IMG/VR virus record: IMGVR_UViG_3300046788_000343 | Span: 1 to 26,512 of that record | DNA length: 26,512 nt | Source of the DNA: a virus | Lineage: Duplodnaviria > Caudoviricetes | Direction: 5' to 3' (one strand) | Shown here: piece after piece, positions 1-7,433 of the stretch | Layout of the letters: each line of letters starts with the position of its first letter | Numbering within the stretch: position 1 is the stretch's first letter | The notes under the pieces: generated by a model | The model's database searches: none | Seen by the model: only the letters and a program-made list of their open reading frames with translations | Told to the model about the DNA's origin: nothing | Position numbers and translations under genes: made by a program

Positions 1-99
1 CATAATGTTATCCAAGTTTTGTATAGATAAAAAAAACGGCTTATTGTATGAGCCTATCATTCGTATAGTAAATTTTTAAATTAAGGAATAGGAGATTTT

Positions 100-351
100 A
101 TGGCTGAGAAAAAACATCATCATTCTAAGGCGGCAATGAAGCATCCAGATAAACCAGGAGCAGGAGCTGCGAAGAGAGCTCATATTAAAGATCCTAAAAG
201 CAAAATAGCTACCGTTCAAGAAGAGTTTAAAAGAGGTACACTTCGTAGTGGATCAGGTCAAAAGGTCACAAATCCAAAACAGAGTATAGCAATTGCTCTT
301 TCGGAGGCAAGAAAATCAGGGGCAAAAATTCCAAAGAAAGGAAAGAAGTAA
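100..351 (+). CDS. Small basic protein, DUF6496-like
   Basis: Lys-rich 83 aa with the motif EFKRGTLRSGSGQKVTNPKQSIAIALSEAR, recalled as DUF6496-like; SD AGGAG upstream. Confidence 0.7.
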   Translation: MAEKKHHHSKAAMKHPDKPGAGAAKRAHIKDPKSKIATVQEEFKRGTLRSGSGQKVTNPKQSIAIALSEARKSGAKIPKKGKK

Positions 352-545
352 TGGACAAACCAATGCATCAAGTGACAAAAAGAATGAAGACGGCAGAAAA
401 AGATATTCAACTCGGAAAAAAGAAAGCAGCAGCAAAAGTGCTTAAAAAAGCTGAGAAAAAGAATGAGAAGCTCGTCAAAATCGATAGGGAAGTTAGAGAT
501 CCTAAGATCGAAAAATATGATAAAATGATGAAGAAAAAAAGATAA
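351..545 (+). CDS. Small Lys-rich hypothetical protein
   Basis: ORF track; TAATG stop/start overlap with the upstream gene. Confidence 0.7.
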   Translation: MDKPMHQVTKRMKTAEKDIQLGKKKAAAKVLKKAEKKNEKLVKIDREVRDPKIEKYDKMMKKKR

Positions 546-549
546 ATCA

Positions 550-571
550 GGGCCGCCATGAAAAGCGGCCC
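550..571. terminator. Hairpin between convergent genes, probable terminator
   Basis: GGGCCGC(550-556)/GCGGCCC(565-571) stem between the stops at 545 (+) and 579 (-); no strong U-tract. Confidence 0.5.
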
Positions 572-578
572 CAATATT

Positions 579-1454
579 TTAGATTCCTACCTTATTGCAT
601 AACCAAACATCTAGAGACTTTCTAGTTTTTTCCTTATTTCTTTCAACAGTTTCTACGCATTTTTTGTATGTAAAATCTTTCCTCCAACTTTCCACCCACT
701 CTTTGAAAATAGAATGATATGCCATCCATTCTTGCTGAATATAGGCATCGAGTTCTTCCATGGTTAGGTCTTTTTCAACGATCTGTCCTGTCATCTCCAC
801 CGTTGAAATGTTGACAATATCCGAATTTTCCTGAGTGGGTGTATTGACAACATTTGAACTATCTGCTTGGGTCATTTCTTCCGTTGTGTAAATTCCAGAG
901 AAATCGGCAGGAAACGCTTTTCTCAAAGCAATTGCCTCAGCACATTTTGCCAACATTACATGCGGCATCTTTGCCCAAAACTGAGACGGTTTCCCATTAA
1001 ATACTTGGGCATACTCGCTCCAATGAGCTTTAGCAGAAACTTCATGCCATGTACCGTCAGGTGTTTGTTTTTTGATATATGAGGTCGCGGAAACTAGCTT
1101 TCCTTGTGCGTCATATTCATAAGTAGGCTCTTTCCCCGGCGCATACCGCTCAGTCCTCTCCGCGACAAGCCTAAATCCGTCTATGCCTGTTTGTATCGTC
1201 ATGCGCGCACCTTCTTTGGTGTTGCGCTTGATTGCGTAAATTTGATTGCGAAACGGATCTAATCCAGTTCTAGAACAGACATGTAAAAAGAGCTGCAATT
1301 CATCATTCGTAGCACCTTTACAGACAGTGTTCTTCAACAATTGCACCTTATCATCGCTAAAATCCATCGCAACAACTTTAGGTGCGTGTAATGCTAAACT
1401 CATATTTTTCTCCTTGCCTTTTTCAAAATTATCTTTTATTACTTGGTTATTCAT
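579..1454 (-). CDS. bet: Phage ssDNA-annealing recombinase, RecT/Bet family
   Basis: Motifs GLDPFRNQIYAIKR, TGIDGFRLVA and W.KMPHVMLAKCAE..ALRKAFP..FSGIYT.EEM; start set at ATG 1454 behind SD AAGGAG (track starts at 1469). Confidence 0.92.
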   Translation of the reverse strand: MNNQVIKDNFEKGKEKNMSLALHAPKVVAMDFSDDKVQLLKNTVCKGATNDELQLFLHVCSRTGLDPFRNQIYAIKRNTKEGARMTIQTGIDGFRLVAERTERYAPGKEPTYEYDAQGKLVSATSYIKKQTPDGTWHEVSAKAHWSEYAQVFNGKPSQFWAKMPHVMLAKCAEAIALRKAFPADFSGIYTTEEMTQADSSNVVNTPTQENSDIVNISTVEMTGQIVEKDLTMEELDAYIQQEWMAYHSIFKEWVESWRKDFTYKKCVETVERNKEKTRKSLDVWLCNKVGI

Positions 1455-1487
1455 GTAAACTCCTTGCATGAGTTGTTGGGTTTTTAA

Positions 1488-1509
1488 GGGCCGGGATCAC
1501 TGCCGGCCC
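1488..1509. promoter_or_regulatory. GC-rich intergenic hairpin
   Basis: GGGCCGG/CCGGCCC stem between the nuclease and bet genes. Confidence 0.4.
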
Positions 1510-1513
1510 ACCT

Positions 1514-2131
1514 TTAAATGTAGTCCATCTGACTAACTTCTACCCAATCCTTATACTGATATTTGTAGACATCCAAATGCGCTTTAAAAAGCCGGAAATC
1601 TTCTTTGTAATGATGAATCTTTGGTCTTGCTCCAGTTCGAGAGAGCTGTACAAACTCAATGACATCGATATTATGTCCCACTTGCTTGGCAAGATAAGAA
1701 TAAGCAGATCCTTGCAGCATCCAATTCTTTGATTCACTAGCAGGAGTTTTAAGATCGACTAATACAAGGCGTTTCTCCTTGTCTCTGTAGAGAAGATCGC
1801 ATTCACCGGTTAGCATCAGTTCGTCATCAAAGAACCTTTCAGGCTTTTTAAGAAAAACTTTTCCTTCTTGCCATTTCTGGAAGCTAACAACAAAATGAAG
1901 AACCAAATCTTTTTCTTTTTGGAAATGTTCTTCGTTTCTTGCGTACTCTCTGATCATTTGATCAATTGTTTCATCATCAAATGGGAATTGAAGCACGATA
2001 GAATCACAAATACGGTGAACGACTGTGCCTCGATCTCCAGCACTTTTGACAATTTCCGGATCAATTCCGGATAATCCGGAAAATGGTCCTAAAACTTGCG
2101 TAACTGTAAGGTAGAGTGATTTGTTCTTCAT
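1514..2131 (-). CDS. PD-(D/E)XK nuclease, probable exonuclease partner of Bet
   Basis: RGTVVH...TGECDLL...LVDLKT...Q..AY motifs; adjacent to the recombinase. Confidence 0.8.
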   Translation of the reverse strand: MKNKSLYLTVTQVLGPFSGLSGIDPEIVKSAGDRGTVVHRICDSIVLQFPFDDETIDQMIREYARNEEHFQKEKDLVLHFVVSFQKWQEGKVFLKKPERFFDDELMLTGECDLLYRDKEKRLVLVDLKTPASESKNWMLQGSAYSYLAKQVGHNIDVIEFVQLSRTGARPKIHHYKEDFRLFKAHLDVYKYQYKDWVEVSQMDYI

Positions 2132-2307
2132 ATAAACATGCTCCGTGTTAGGCCATATTCATACATGGGATTGTGTACACAATTTCTTTCACATTCTAAA
2201 ATATTGGACATTGCAATATCTTCTTCATCTTCGCGGACGGAGGCGATCTTTTTACCCTGCCAAGAGTCGAGATCGTCCCTGTCCCATTGTTTCCAATAGG
2301 CATTCAT
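2128..2307 (-). CDS. Hypothetical protein (59 aa, MNAYWKQWDRDD...)
   Basis: Translated by hand, below the track cutoff; SD AGGAG; ATGA overlap with the nuclease start. Confidence 0.6.
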   Translation of the reverse strand: MNAYWKQWDRDDLDSWQGKKIASVREDEEDIAMSNILECERNCVHNPMYEYGLTRSMFI

Positions 2308-2308
2308 T

Positions 2309-2488
2309 TTAAACTCCTTGATACTCCATTATTTCCTTAATATCGTTAGAGATTCGAAGAGCTTCCCAGCTCATTCTTTCTAACTCATTCAGCACATTGT
2401 GACAAAACTTTTTTTCATTATTTGCAGCTTCGTCCAAAGAAGCGCACAATCTTTCGGCACTAACCCTCAATTCTTCTAGATTGCTCAT
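2309..2488 (-). CDS. Hypothetical protein (59 aa, MSNLEELRVSAERL...)
   Basis: Translated by hand; fills the gap in the leftward operon; helical composition. Confidence 0.6.
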   Translation of the reverse strand: MSNLEELRVSAERLCASLDEAANNEKKFCHNVLNELERMSWEALRISNDIKEIMEYQGV

Positions 2489-2651
2489 TTTCCCACTCCT
2501 TTTCTAATTGGTATTCTTCATAAAACCGTCTCTCGCCCGCCAAGTATTTCTCGACCAAATCCCAAGGGACTCCTCGAATTTCCGATTCTAGATATTCCAT
2601 ATAGGATTCAAACTCTCCTCTATCCATTTCTTTGGTGCATACTTCATCCAT
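2460..2651 (-). CDS. Acidic hypothetical protein
   Basis: ORF track; SD AGGAG; operon context. Confidence 0.65.
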   Translation of the reverse strand: MDEVCTKEMDRGEFESYMEYLESEIRGVPWDLVEKYLAGERRFYEEYQLEKEWENEQSRRIEG

Positions 2652-2832
2652 CTTTCTTCTCCTTTGTGATTAACTTTTGTCCGCAACCTAAACCAAGCCC
2701 AATACCATTTCTAGCAAAGCACGCTTCGCACATGTAGGCCCAAGGGCCCTCTACTGTTTTTCCATCGAAAACAGCTTTTGCTTTTCTACATATATTGCAT
2801 TGAAAATCTTCGTGTATGATTCTTTCTTTCAT
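2644..2832 (-). CDS. Small zinc-binding hypothetical protein
   Basis: CxxC...DGKT..GPWAYMCxxC...GIGLGLG.GQ pattern; SD AGGAG. Confidence 0.75.
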   Translation of the reverse strand: MKERIIHEDFQCNICRKAKAVFDGKTVEGPWAYMCEACFARNGIGLGLGCGQKLITKEKKDG

Positions 2833-2942
2833 GTTCTCCTTGCTTTTTTATAACCCTTTCCGTATCTTGATAACACAAACATATCTTATCGTTGATATTT
2901 CCGTCAACGAAAAAAGAAAAGAAGTAAAAAAAAAGAGGTTTT
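2833..2942. promoter_or_regulatory. Divergent promoter/operator region
   Basis: Lies between divergent operons; palindrome CGTTGA-N8-TCAACG (2890-2909) overlaps a leftward TTGACG -35. Confidence 0.5.
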
Positions 2943-3152
2943 ATGAATTTGAAAGACTATATGGAAGACACGGGGATTAGCGTCGCAAAGCTAGCCAGGA
3001 GATCAAATGTGACTACTCAAACACTGTACAATATATTAAACGGGAAAGATGTGAGAGGGAGTGTCCTCGTCAAAGTTCACCTAGGGACAAAGAAACAAGT
3101 TCCCTGCGAAGAAATACTAGATCCTATCTTGCTGCAACAAAAATCTGATTGA
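2943..3152 (+). CDS. Cro/XRE-like HTH regulator
   Basis: GISVAKLARRSNVTTQTLYNILNG HTH; first gene of the rightward operon. Confidence 0.8.
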   Translation: MNLKDYMEDTGISVAKLARRSNVTTQTLYNILNGKDVRGSVLVKVHLGTKKQVPCEEILDPILLQQKSD

Positions 3153-3266
3153 TCTTTTATCTTAAAAGATTTTATATAGAATGAAAATGAGTTGCGCCAG
3201 TACCACCTAACGCAACCCTACACATATTCACAGACACATTTACCGTGAAAAACTCAGAATCAATTA

Positions 3267-3557
3267 ATGAAAAAACTTATAGATTACCCCTCCTATTCTA
3301 ATGTAGTTTCTGTTTTAGAGGAATGCCCCTCTTCTATTTTTATCTATCTACTTTTATGGAAAAATCGCATAGGCTACCGGACCATCGCCATAAAAGAGTT
3401 CATTGAAGAAAAGTATTTTATTCACGAAGACATTTTTTTGGAACATCTTTTTGCGCTCCAAGCGACAAACGTTCTTTTTTTCGACGAAAGAAAATCCGCC
3501 TTTGTAATCACACACCAAAACGCCGAAGTCAACGCAGAGGGATACATGCTATGTTAA
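3267..3557 (+). CDS. Hypothetical protein
   Basis: ORF track. Confidence 0.6.
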   Translation: MKKLIDYPSYSNVVSVLEECPSSIFIYLLLWKNRIGYRTIAIKEFIEEKYFIHEDIFLEHLFALQATNVLFFDERKSAFVITHQNAEVNAEGYMLC

Positions 3558-3862
3558 CGATTATCTATTGCGAATGCTGCAAGAAGAAAATGTTTGTGGA
3601 TAGAGGCTATGCTTTTGAGGTCTTTGAAACGATAAGTGATTTTTATCACATGACGGGATGTCCTTTTGAGATGTCTTCCAATCCTTCATTAGATCCTCAC
3701 AAATTTATCCCTAATGTAGAATGGCTCGAGCACAACGGTTTTGTTGTAACTTGTGAGACTGACAGCGAATTCATTCAGGTTAAACCATTAGGATTTGAGT
3801 ATTACTACGGAGAGGAAGAAACGATAGGCCACTTCTGTCTACATGGCAAGGAATATGCATAA
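3551..3862 (+). CDS. Hypothetical protein
   Basis: ORF track; overlaps the upstream stop. Confidence 0.6.
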   Translation: MLTIIYCECCKKKMFVDRGYAFEVFETISDFYHMTGCPFEMSSNPSLDPHKFIPNVEWLEHNGFVVTCETDSEFIQVKPLGFEYYYGEEETIGHFCLHGKEYA

Positions 3863-3904
3863 GAACTTGTTTACTAGAATGATAAGAGAGTGTACTGTGA
3901 AAGT

Positions 3905-3934
3905 GAAAAAGCCAGTTTGTAGACTGGCTTTTTC
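3905..3934. terminator. Bidirectional intrinsic terminator-like hairpin
   Basis: GAAAAAGCCAGT/ACTGGCTTTTTC 12-bp inverted repeat including A and T tracts. Confidence 0.7.
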
Positions 3935-3938
3935 GAAG

Positions 3939-3979
3939 AGCTACGCTGAGAGGAACATGTAATACCTCCCAGCGTAGCT
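3939..3979. promoter_or_regulatory. Second long hairpin upstream of the replication genes
   Basis: AGCTACGCTG-a-GAGG pairs with CCTC-c-CAGCGTAGCT. Confidence 0.5.
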
Positions 3980-4007
3980 AAAATAACCCATTTATTACAA
4001 TAGGATT

Positions 4008-4241
4008 TTGGCTATGTTTGAAAAAATCTACGCACACCCCATCAAAGATATAATAATAGAACGAGAAGGCCGACAGTATATTCCAATGGATTTGGAGTTT
4101 TTAAAATCAAATTCGATTTCTTTAGAGGGTAAAGGATATTACTGTGAATATCGCGCTGGAAATATCCTCTATGAGGATATCCCGATATTATATAGACATC
4201 AATTTGAAGCGTGGTTTGGTATTCATGGAGGTGAACTATGA
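4008..4241 (+). CDS. Hypothetical protein
   Basis: ORF track; ATGA coupling to the replication gene; start may be ATG 4014. Confidence 0.55.
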   Translation: MAMFEKIYAHPIKDIIIEREGRQYIPMDLEFLKSNSISLEGKGYYCEYRAGNILYEDIPILYRHQFEAWFGIHGGEL

Positions 4242-5101
4242 GAATTGTAGCCCCAACTTTTACCCAAACACCCAATGATCTTTTCGACCATTGGCTGCCC
4301 CTTTTAAATGAATCTGAATTAAAAGTTTTACTTGTCATATTACGCAAGACATTTGGCTGGAATAAAATACGTGATCATATCAGCACTTCTCAATTAGTTC
4401 AGCTGACCGGACAGTCACGAAGGGCTGTTATATATGCTACCCAATCTCTTCAAGATAAAGGGTTGGTTTTGAAAGAATTAGTTGGTAAAGAAGGCTTACA
4501 AGAAGCTTACTACGAGTTAGTTGTAGACGATAATTCAAATAAGTCTTACCCGTGCAACGAACGCACCGGGGGGGGTGCAACGAACGCACCGGGGGGGGTG
4601 CAACAGATGCACCCACAAAATAAAGAGTTAAAGAAAGAAGAAAAACAACAGCAGCAAACCTGTTGTACAGAGCCTGCTGCTGTTTCTTTTTCAAAAAGTA
4701 TTCCTGAACTCGAAAGCCTCGATATCCCGGACTCCGATAAGCAATGGCTCGCCAAAAACTACAAGCCCAAAGAAATCGTTGAAGCAATCGGTTGGGCCAC
4801 TCATCCATCAGTTTCTCTCAGCAAGTCACTAGCAGCCGCTATCAAATGGGCCTGCAAGGAAAAGCCTAAAGTTCCAGAGACGCAACAAGATACCATTGAA
4901 AAAAATAAGAAATACGCCCAGGAACTCCAAAAAAATCATGAGGGAAGATTAGACGGACATCAAATAAACGCTTTGTCCAAATACATCGAAATAACCTGCT
5001 ATCCTTACGAATTCTGCTTGGAATATGAAGAAAATGGATTTAAGGAACAGTTAGACAGTGAGTTACGCAAAAGAAATATAATAAAATCACAAAAGGAATG
5101 A
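4238..5101 (+). CDS. Phage replication initiator (lambda O-like N-terminal wHTH)
   Basis: FTQTPNDLFD..L..SELKVLLVILRKTFGWNK..D.IS.SQL..LTG pattern; internal iterons. Confidence 0.85.
   Translation: MRIVAPTFTQTPNDLFDHWLPLLNESELKVLLVILRKTFGWNKIRDHISTSQLVQLTGQSRRAVIYATQSLQDKGLVLKELVGKEGLQEAYYELVVDDNSNKSYPCNERTGGGATNAPGGVQQMHPQNKELKKEEKQQQQTCCTEPAAVSFSKSIPELESLDIPDSDKQWLAKNYKPKEIVEAIGWATHPSVSLSKSLAAAIKWACKEKPKVPETQQDTIEKNKKYAQELQKNHEGRLDGHQINALSKYIEITCYPYEFCLEYEENGFKEQLDSELRKRNIIKSQKE
4552..4613 (+). repeat. Iterons, probable replication origin
   Basis: 23-bp unit GTGCAACGAACGCACCGGGGGGG twice exactly plus a third variant GTGCAACAGATGCACC; each has GTGC/GCAC dyad symmetry; an A-rich tract follows. 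Confidence 0.8.
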
Positions 5102-5106
5102 TATAA

Positions 5107-5313
5107 ATGGTTGATTATGAATACCTAACAATTAGGCAGGTGGCAGAAAACAAGCGATATCCTTTTAGTCTTCCGTCTTTAAGGACATTAGTTTTCAAAA
5201 GAGAAAAAAACGGGCTAGGCAAGGCCATTAGAAAAATTGGCGGTAAAATTTATGTTAGAAGAGATCTATTTGAAAAATGGATTGAATCTCATGCAATAAC
5301 AAAAGAGGAGTAA
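5107..5313 (+). CDS. Excisionase/AlpA-like wHTH DNA-binding protein
   Basis: YLTIRQVAE...SLRTL...RKIGGKIYVRRDLFEKWIE. Confidence 0.7.
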   Translation: MVDYEYLTIRQVAENKRYPFSLPSLRTLVFKREKNGLGKAIRKIGGKIYVRRDLFEKWIESHAITKEE

Positions 5314-5316
5314 ATC

Positions 5317-5505
5317 ATGAAGTTGGAAGAAGCTTTGACACACCTCCGCCTAGGTAGTAAAATATTTTTGGAATCATCTCCAGATCGAGGACATCTTCGG
5401 TGGTCGCCAGAACACGACATGCCATTAGGAAGCTTCTATATCACGGTATTTGACGTTCTGTCAGAGGATTGGAAAGTCGAAGAAGAAACAAACAGCAAGG
5501 AGTAA
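5317..5505 (+). CDS. DUF2829 / Tad2-like small protein
   Basis: N-terminal MKLEEALTHLRLGSKI and C-terminal DVLSEDWKV resemble the DUF2829 pattern (F.EAL..LK.GKK...D.LA.DW.V). Confidence 0.6.
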   Translation: MKLEEALTHLRLGSKIFLESSPDRGHLRWSPEHDMPLGSFYITVFDVLSEDWKVEEETNSKE

Positions 5506-5508
5506 ACC

Positions 5509-5853
5509 ATGGAAATCACGAAGTATCAAAAGATGGAAGGCAAAGGTGCACTGCTTGCCTATCTAAGTATCAAGTTCTCAATCTCAGGATCGCCAGACTT
5601 CTTCATCAATGACATGAAGCTATTTCAAAAGAACGGCCGTCGTTGGGTGGGATTTCCAGATAAGAAATACGAAAAAGATGGAGAAACAAAATACGCACCC
5701 TACTGCGGATTTACGGAACGATGTGATGAATTTAGCAATAAGGTCATCAAAGCGCTAGATGCTTATTGCGCCAGGGGTCACAACCAATCACCACAAAATG
5801 CAGCACAACAGAAACAGGATCACAGGCCTTCAATGGAGGAGTGCCCTTTTTGA
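5509..5853 (+). CDS. SpoVG-like nucleic-acid-binding protein (putative SSB)
   Basis: INDMKLFQKNGRRWVGFPDKKYEKDGETKY; disordered tail ending EECPF, like SSB C-termini. Confidence 0.7.
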   Translation: MEITKYQKMEGKGALLAYLSIKFSISGSPDFFINDMKLFQKNGRRWVGFPDKKYEKDGETKYAPYCGFTERCDEFSNKVIKALDAYCARGHNQSPQNAAQQKQDHRPSMEECPF

Positions 5854-6227
5854 AAATAGAATTCATTATCCCTTTAGGAAAAAAGCTTATGGTGTCGGAG
5901 GCTAATACCTCCGAGCATTGGCTTAAAAGAAGCAAACGACACAAAAAGCAAAAAGGATATGTAAATATTTTCTTTAATCAATACAGGCATCTCGCGGAAT
6001 TGCCCGTTTCGATAACAATGTGTCGTATTTCGCCTAGGAAGCTAGATTTTGACAACCTTGTGTACTCACTCAAGTGGATACGCGATGCGCTTGCCGACGG
6101 CTTAATAGAGGGCTTGGCGGCGGGTCGGGCGGATGAGGACGAACGCATCACATGGATTTACGCACAAGAAAAGGGTCGCCCCAATGAATACGCCATTAGA
6201 ATTGAATTGCTGGGTGGTAAGCGATAA
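5850..6227 (+). CDS. RusA-like Holliday junction resolvase
   Basis: RKLDFDNLVYSLKWIRDALAD...DED motif; start TTG 5850 behind SD GGAGGA (track starts at 5766). Confidence 0.75.
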   Translation: MKIEFIIPLGKKLMVSEANTSEHWLKRSKRHKKQKGYVNIFFNQYRHLAELPVSITMCRISPRKLDFDNLVYSLKWIRDALADGLIEGLAAGRADEDERITWIYAQEKGRPNEYAIRIELLGGKR

Positions 6228-6363
6228 ACGCATAGAACAATCCATCTTCTTTTCTAAATTCGATTTTATCAATCAGCAATTTTCCGTCATTCTCTTCCAA
6301 AAAGTGGTTGACCCGATCTTCCAACATCATGACGCAAGTAGCGTTAAATATTTTAACCTTCAT
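6196..6363 (-). CDS. Small protein, possibly Cse60/DUF2758-like
   Basis: Translated by hand: MKVKIFNATCVMMLEDRVNHFLEENDGKLLIDKIEFRKEDGLFYAFIAYHPAIQF. Confidence 0.5.
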   Translation of the reverse strand: MKVKIFNATCVMMLEDRVNHFLEENDGKLLIDKIEFRKEDGLFYAFIAYHPAIQF

Positions 6364-6531
6364 CTAACTTTCCCCGATAAATTAATCTCCGCCTTTAGAT
6401 TAATTGATTCTTTGTATTTCCCGGGAGATAACACAATTGTATCTTCGCCGGCAGGCAAATGTTTTATCATATAATTTATCGACCCTTTCTTCGGAAAATA
6501 AGTCCGAAAACTTAGAAAACGCAACAACTTC

Positions 6532-6741
6532 CTATAAAGTAAAATCCACTTTTCCATTGCAAATGTTCCTTTCTAAAATCTCGAGTCTACATTTCAAATC
6601 ATAGTTCTCTTTCTTCAACTCATTGATCGAAGCGTATGTACCACGTCTGACCTTATCTAGTGAAGTGCGAACTGCTTTGACCTCAATTTGACATACTTGG
6701 ATATCATCAGGGATAGGCTTAAATAGGTCGTATTGAATCAT
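6532..6741 (-). CDS. Hypothetical coiled-coil protein
   Basis: 3' part of track ORF 6532-6846, from MIQYDLF. Confidence 0.5.
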   Translation of the reverse strand: MIQYDLFKPIPDDIQVCQIEVKAVRTSLDKVRRGTYASINELKKENYDLKCRLEILERNICNGKVDFTL

Positions 6742-6881
6742 TTTTTTACTCTTTTTAGATTTATGTCGTTCAATTCGGGAACGAACATAGCAAAACATCA
6801 CTTTCAAGTCACCTAAAATAAAGATTGACACATATAGGAAATGCAACTAAAAATTTGATTATAACCAATGTTGGAGGAGCT

Positions 6882-6983
6882 ATGAAACAACAACAGGAAT
6901 ATGAACCAGGAATGAAATTCGCTTTTCTAGTGTTCGGGATGATGGCATTCACGCTATTTCTCTTCTACAAGTTCATTGTGTGA
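6882..6983 (+). CDS. Small membrane peptide (33 aa)
   Basis: MKQQQEYEPGMKFAFLVFGMMAFTLFLFYKFIV; strong SD GGAGG; TTGACA at 6825. Confidence 0.55.
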   Translation: MKQQQEYEPGMKFAFLVFGMMAFTLFLFYKFIV

Positions 6984-6989
6984 GTACAC

Positions 6990-7433
6990 ATGGGGAGACA
7001 TCAAAAACACAATCTAGATGATCTAGCCGATGAAATAATCGAATGGTCTCAACACGCAACATCTTTGAATCTGATCGGCTTTTCCTCTCCAAAGCGTATG
7101 AGCGTCACAAAGTTGCCTGAATATGCCAACAAACATAAGAAATTTCGGGAGGCCTTGCAGCTAGCGAAGGAAAATATCTCTCAAAATAGATTTGATGCAG
7201 CATGTGCCGAAGTGATGCCTGAGAAATTCTATTCTCGTTGTGAAGGTCAATATGATCCGCTTTATCATAAATACGATAGAGAAGAGAGAAAATATGATGC
7301 TGATATCAAAGCTAAAGCAGAAGGCAACAACAGAAATCAAAAAATTATAGTTAAGGTGAAAAATGACCTTGCCCGTGGAGTTAACGTTCGAGCCAAGAAG
7401 TTATCAAATTCCAATAATAGAGGCTCTAAATAG
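6990..7433 (+). CDS. terS: Putative terminase small subunit
   Basis: Immediately upstream of and overlapping terL; size and MGR start are typical; assignment mainly positional. Confidence 0.65.
   Translation: MGRHQKHNLDDLADEIIEWSQHATSLNLIGFSSPKRMSVTKLPEYANKHKKFREALQLAKENISQNRFDAACAEVMPEKFYSRCEGQYDPLYHKYDREERKYDADIKAKAEGNNRNQKIIVKVKNDLARGVNVRAKKLSNSNNRGSK

Noticed and set aside
4552-4613. Possible CRISPR array
   Set aside because: The repeats are directly tandem without unique spacers, lie inside a CDS, and no cas genes are present.
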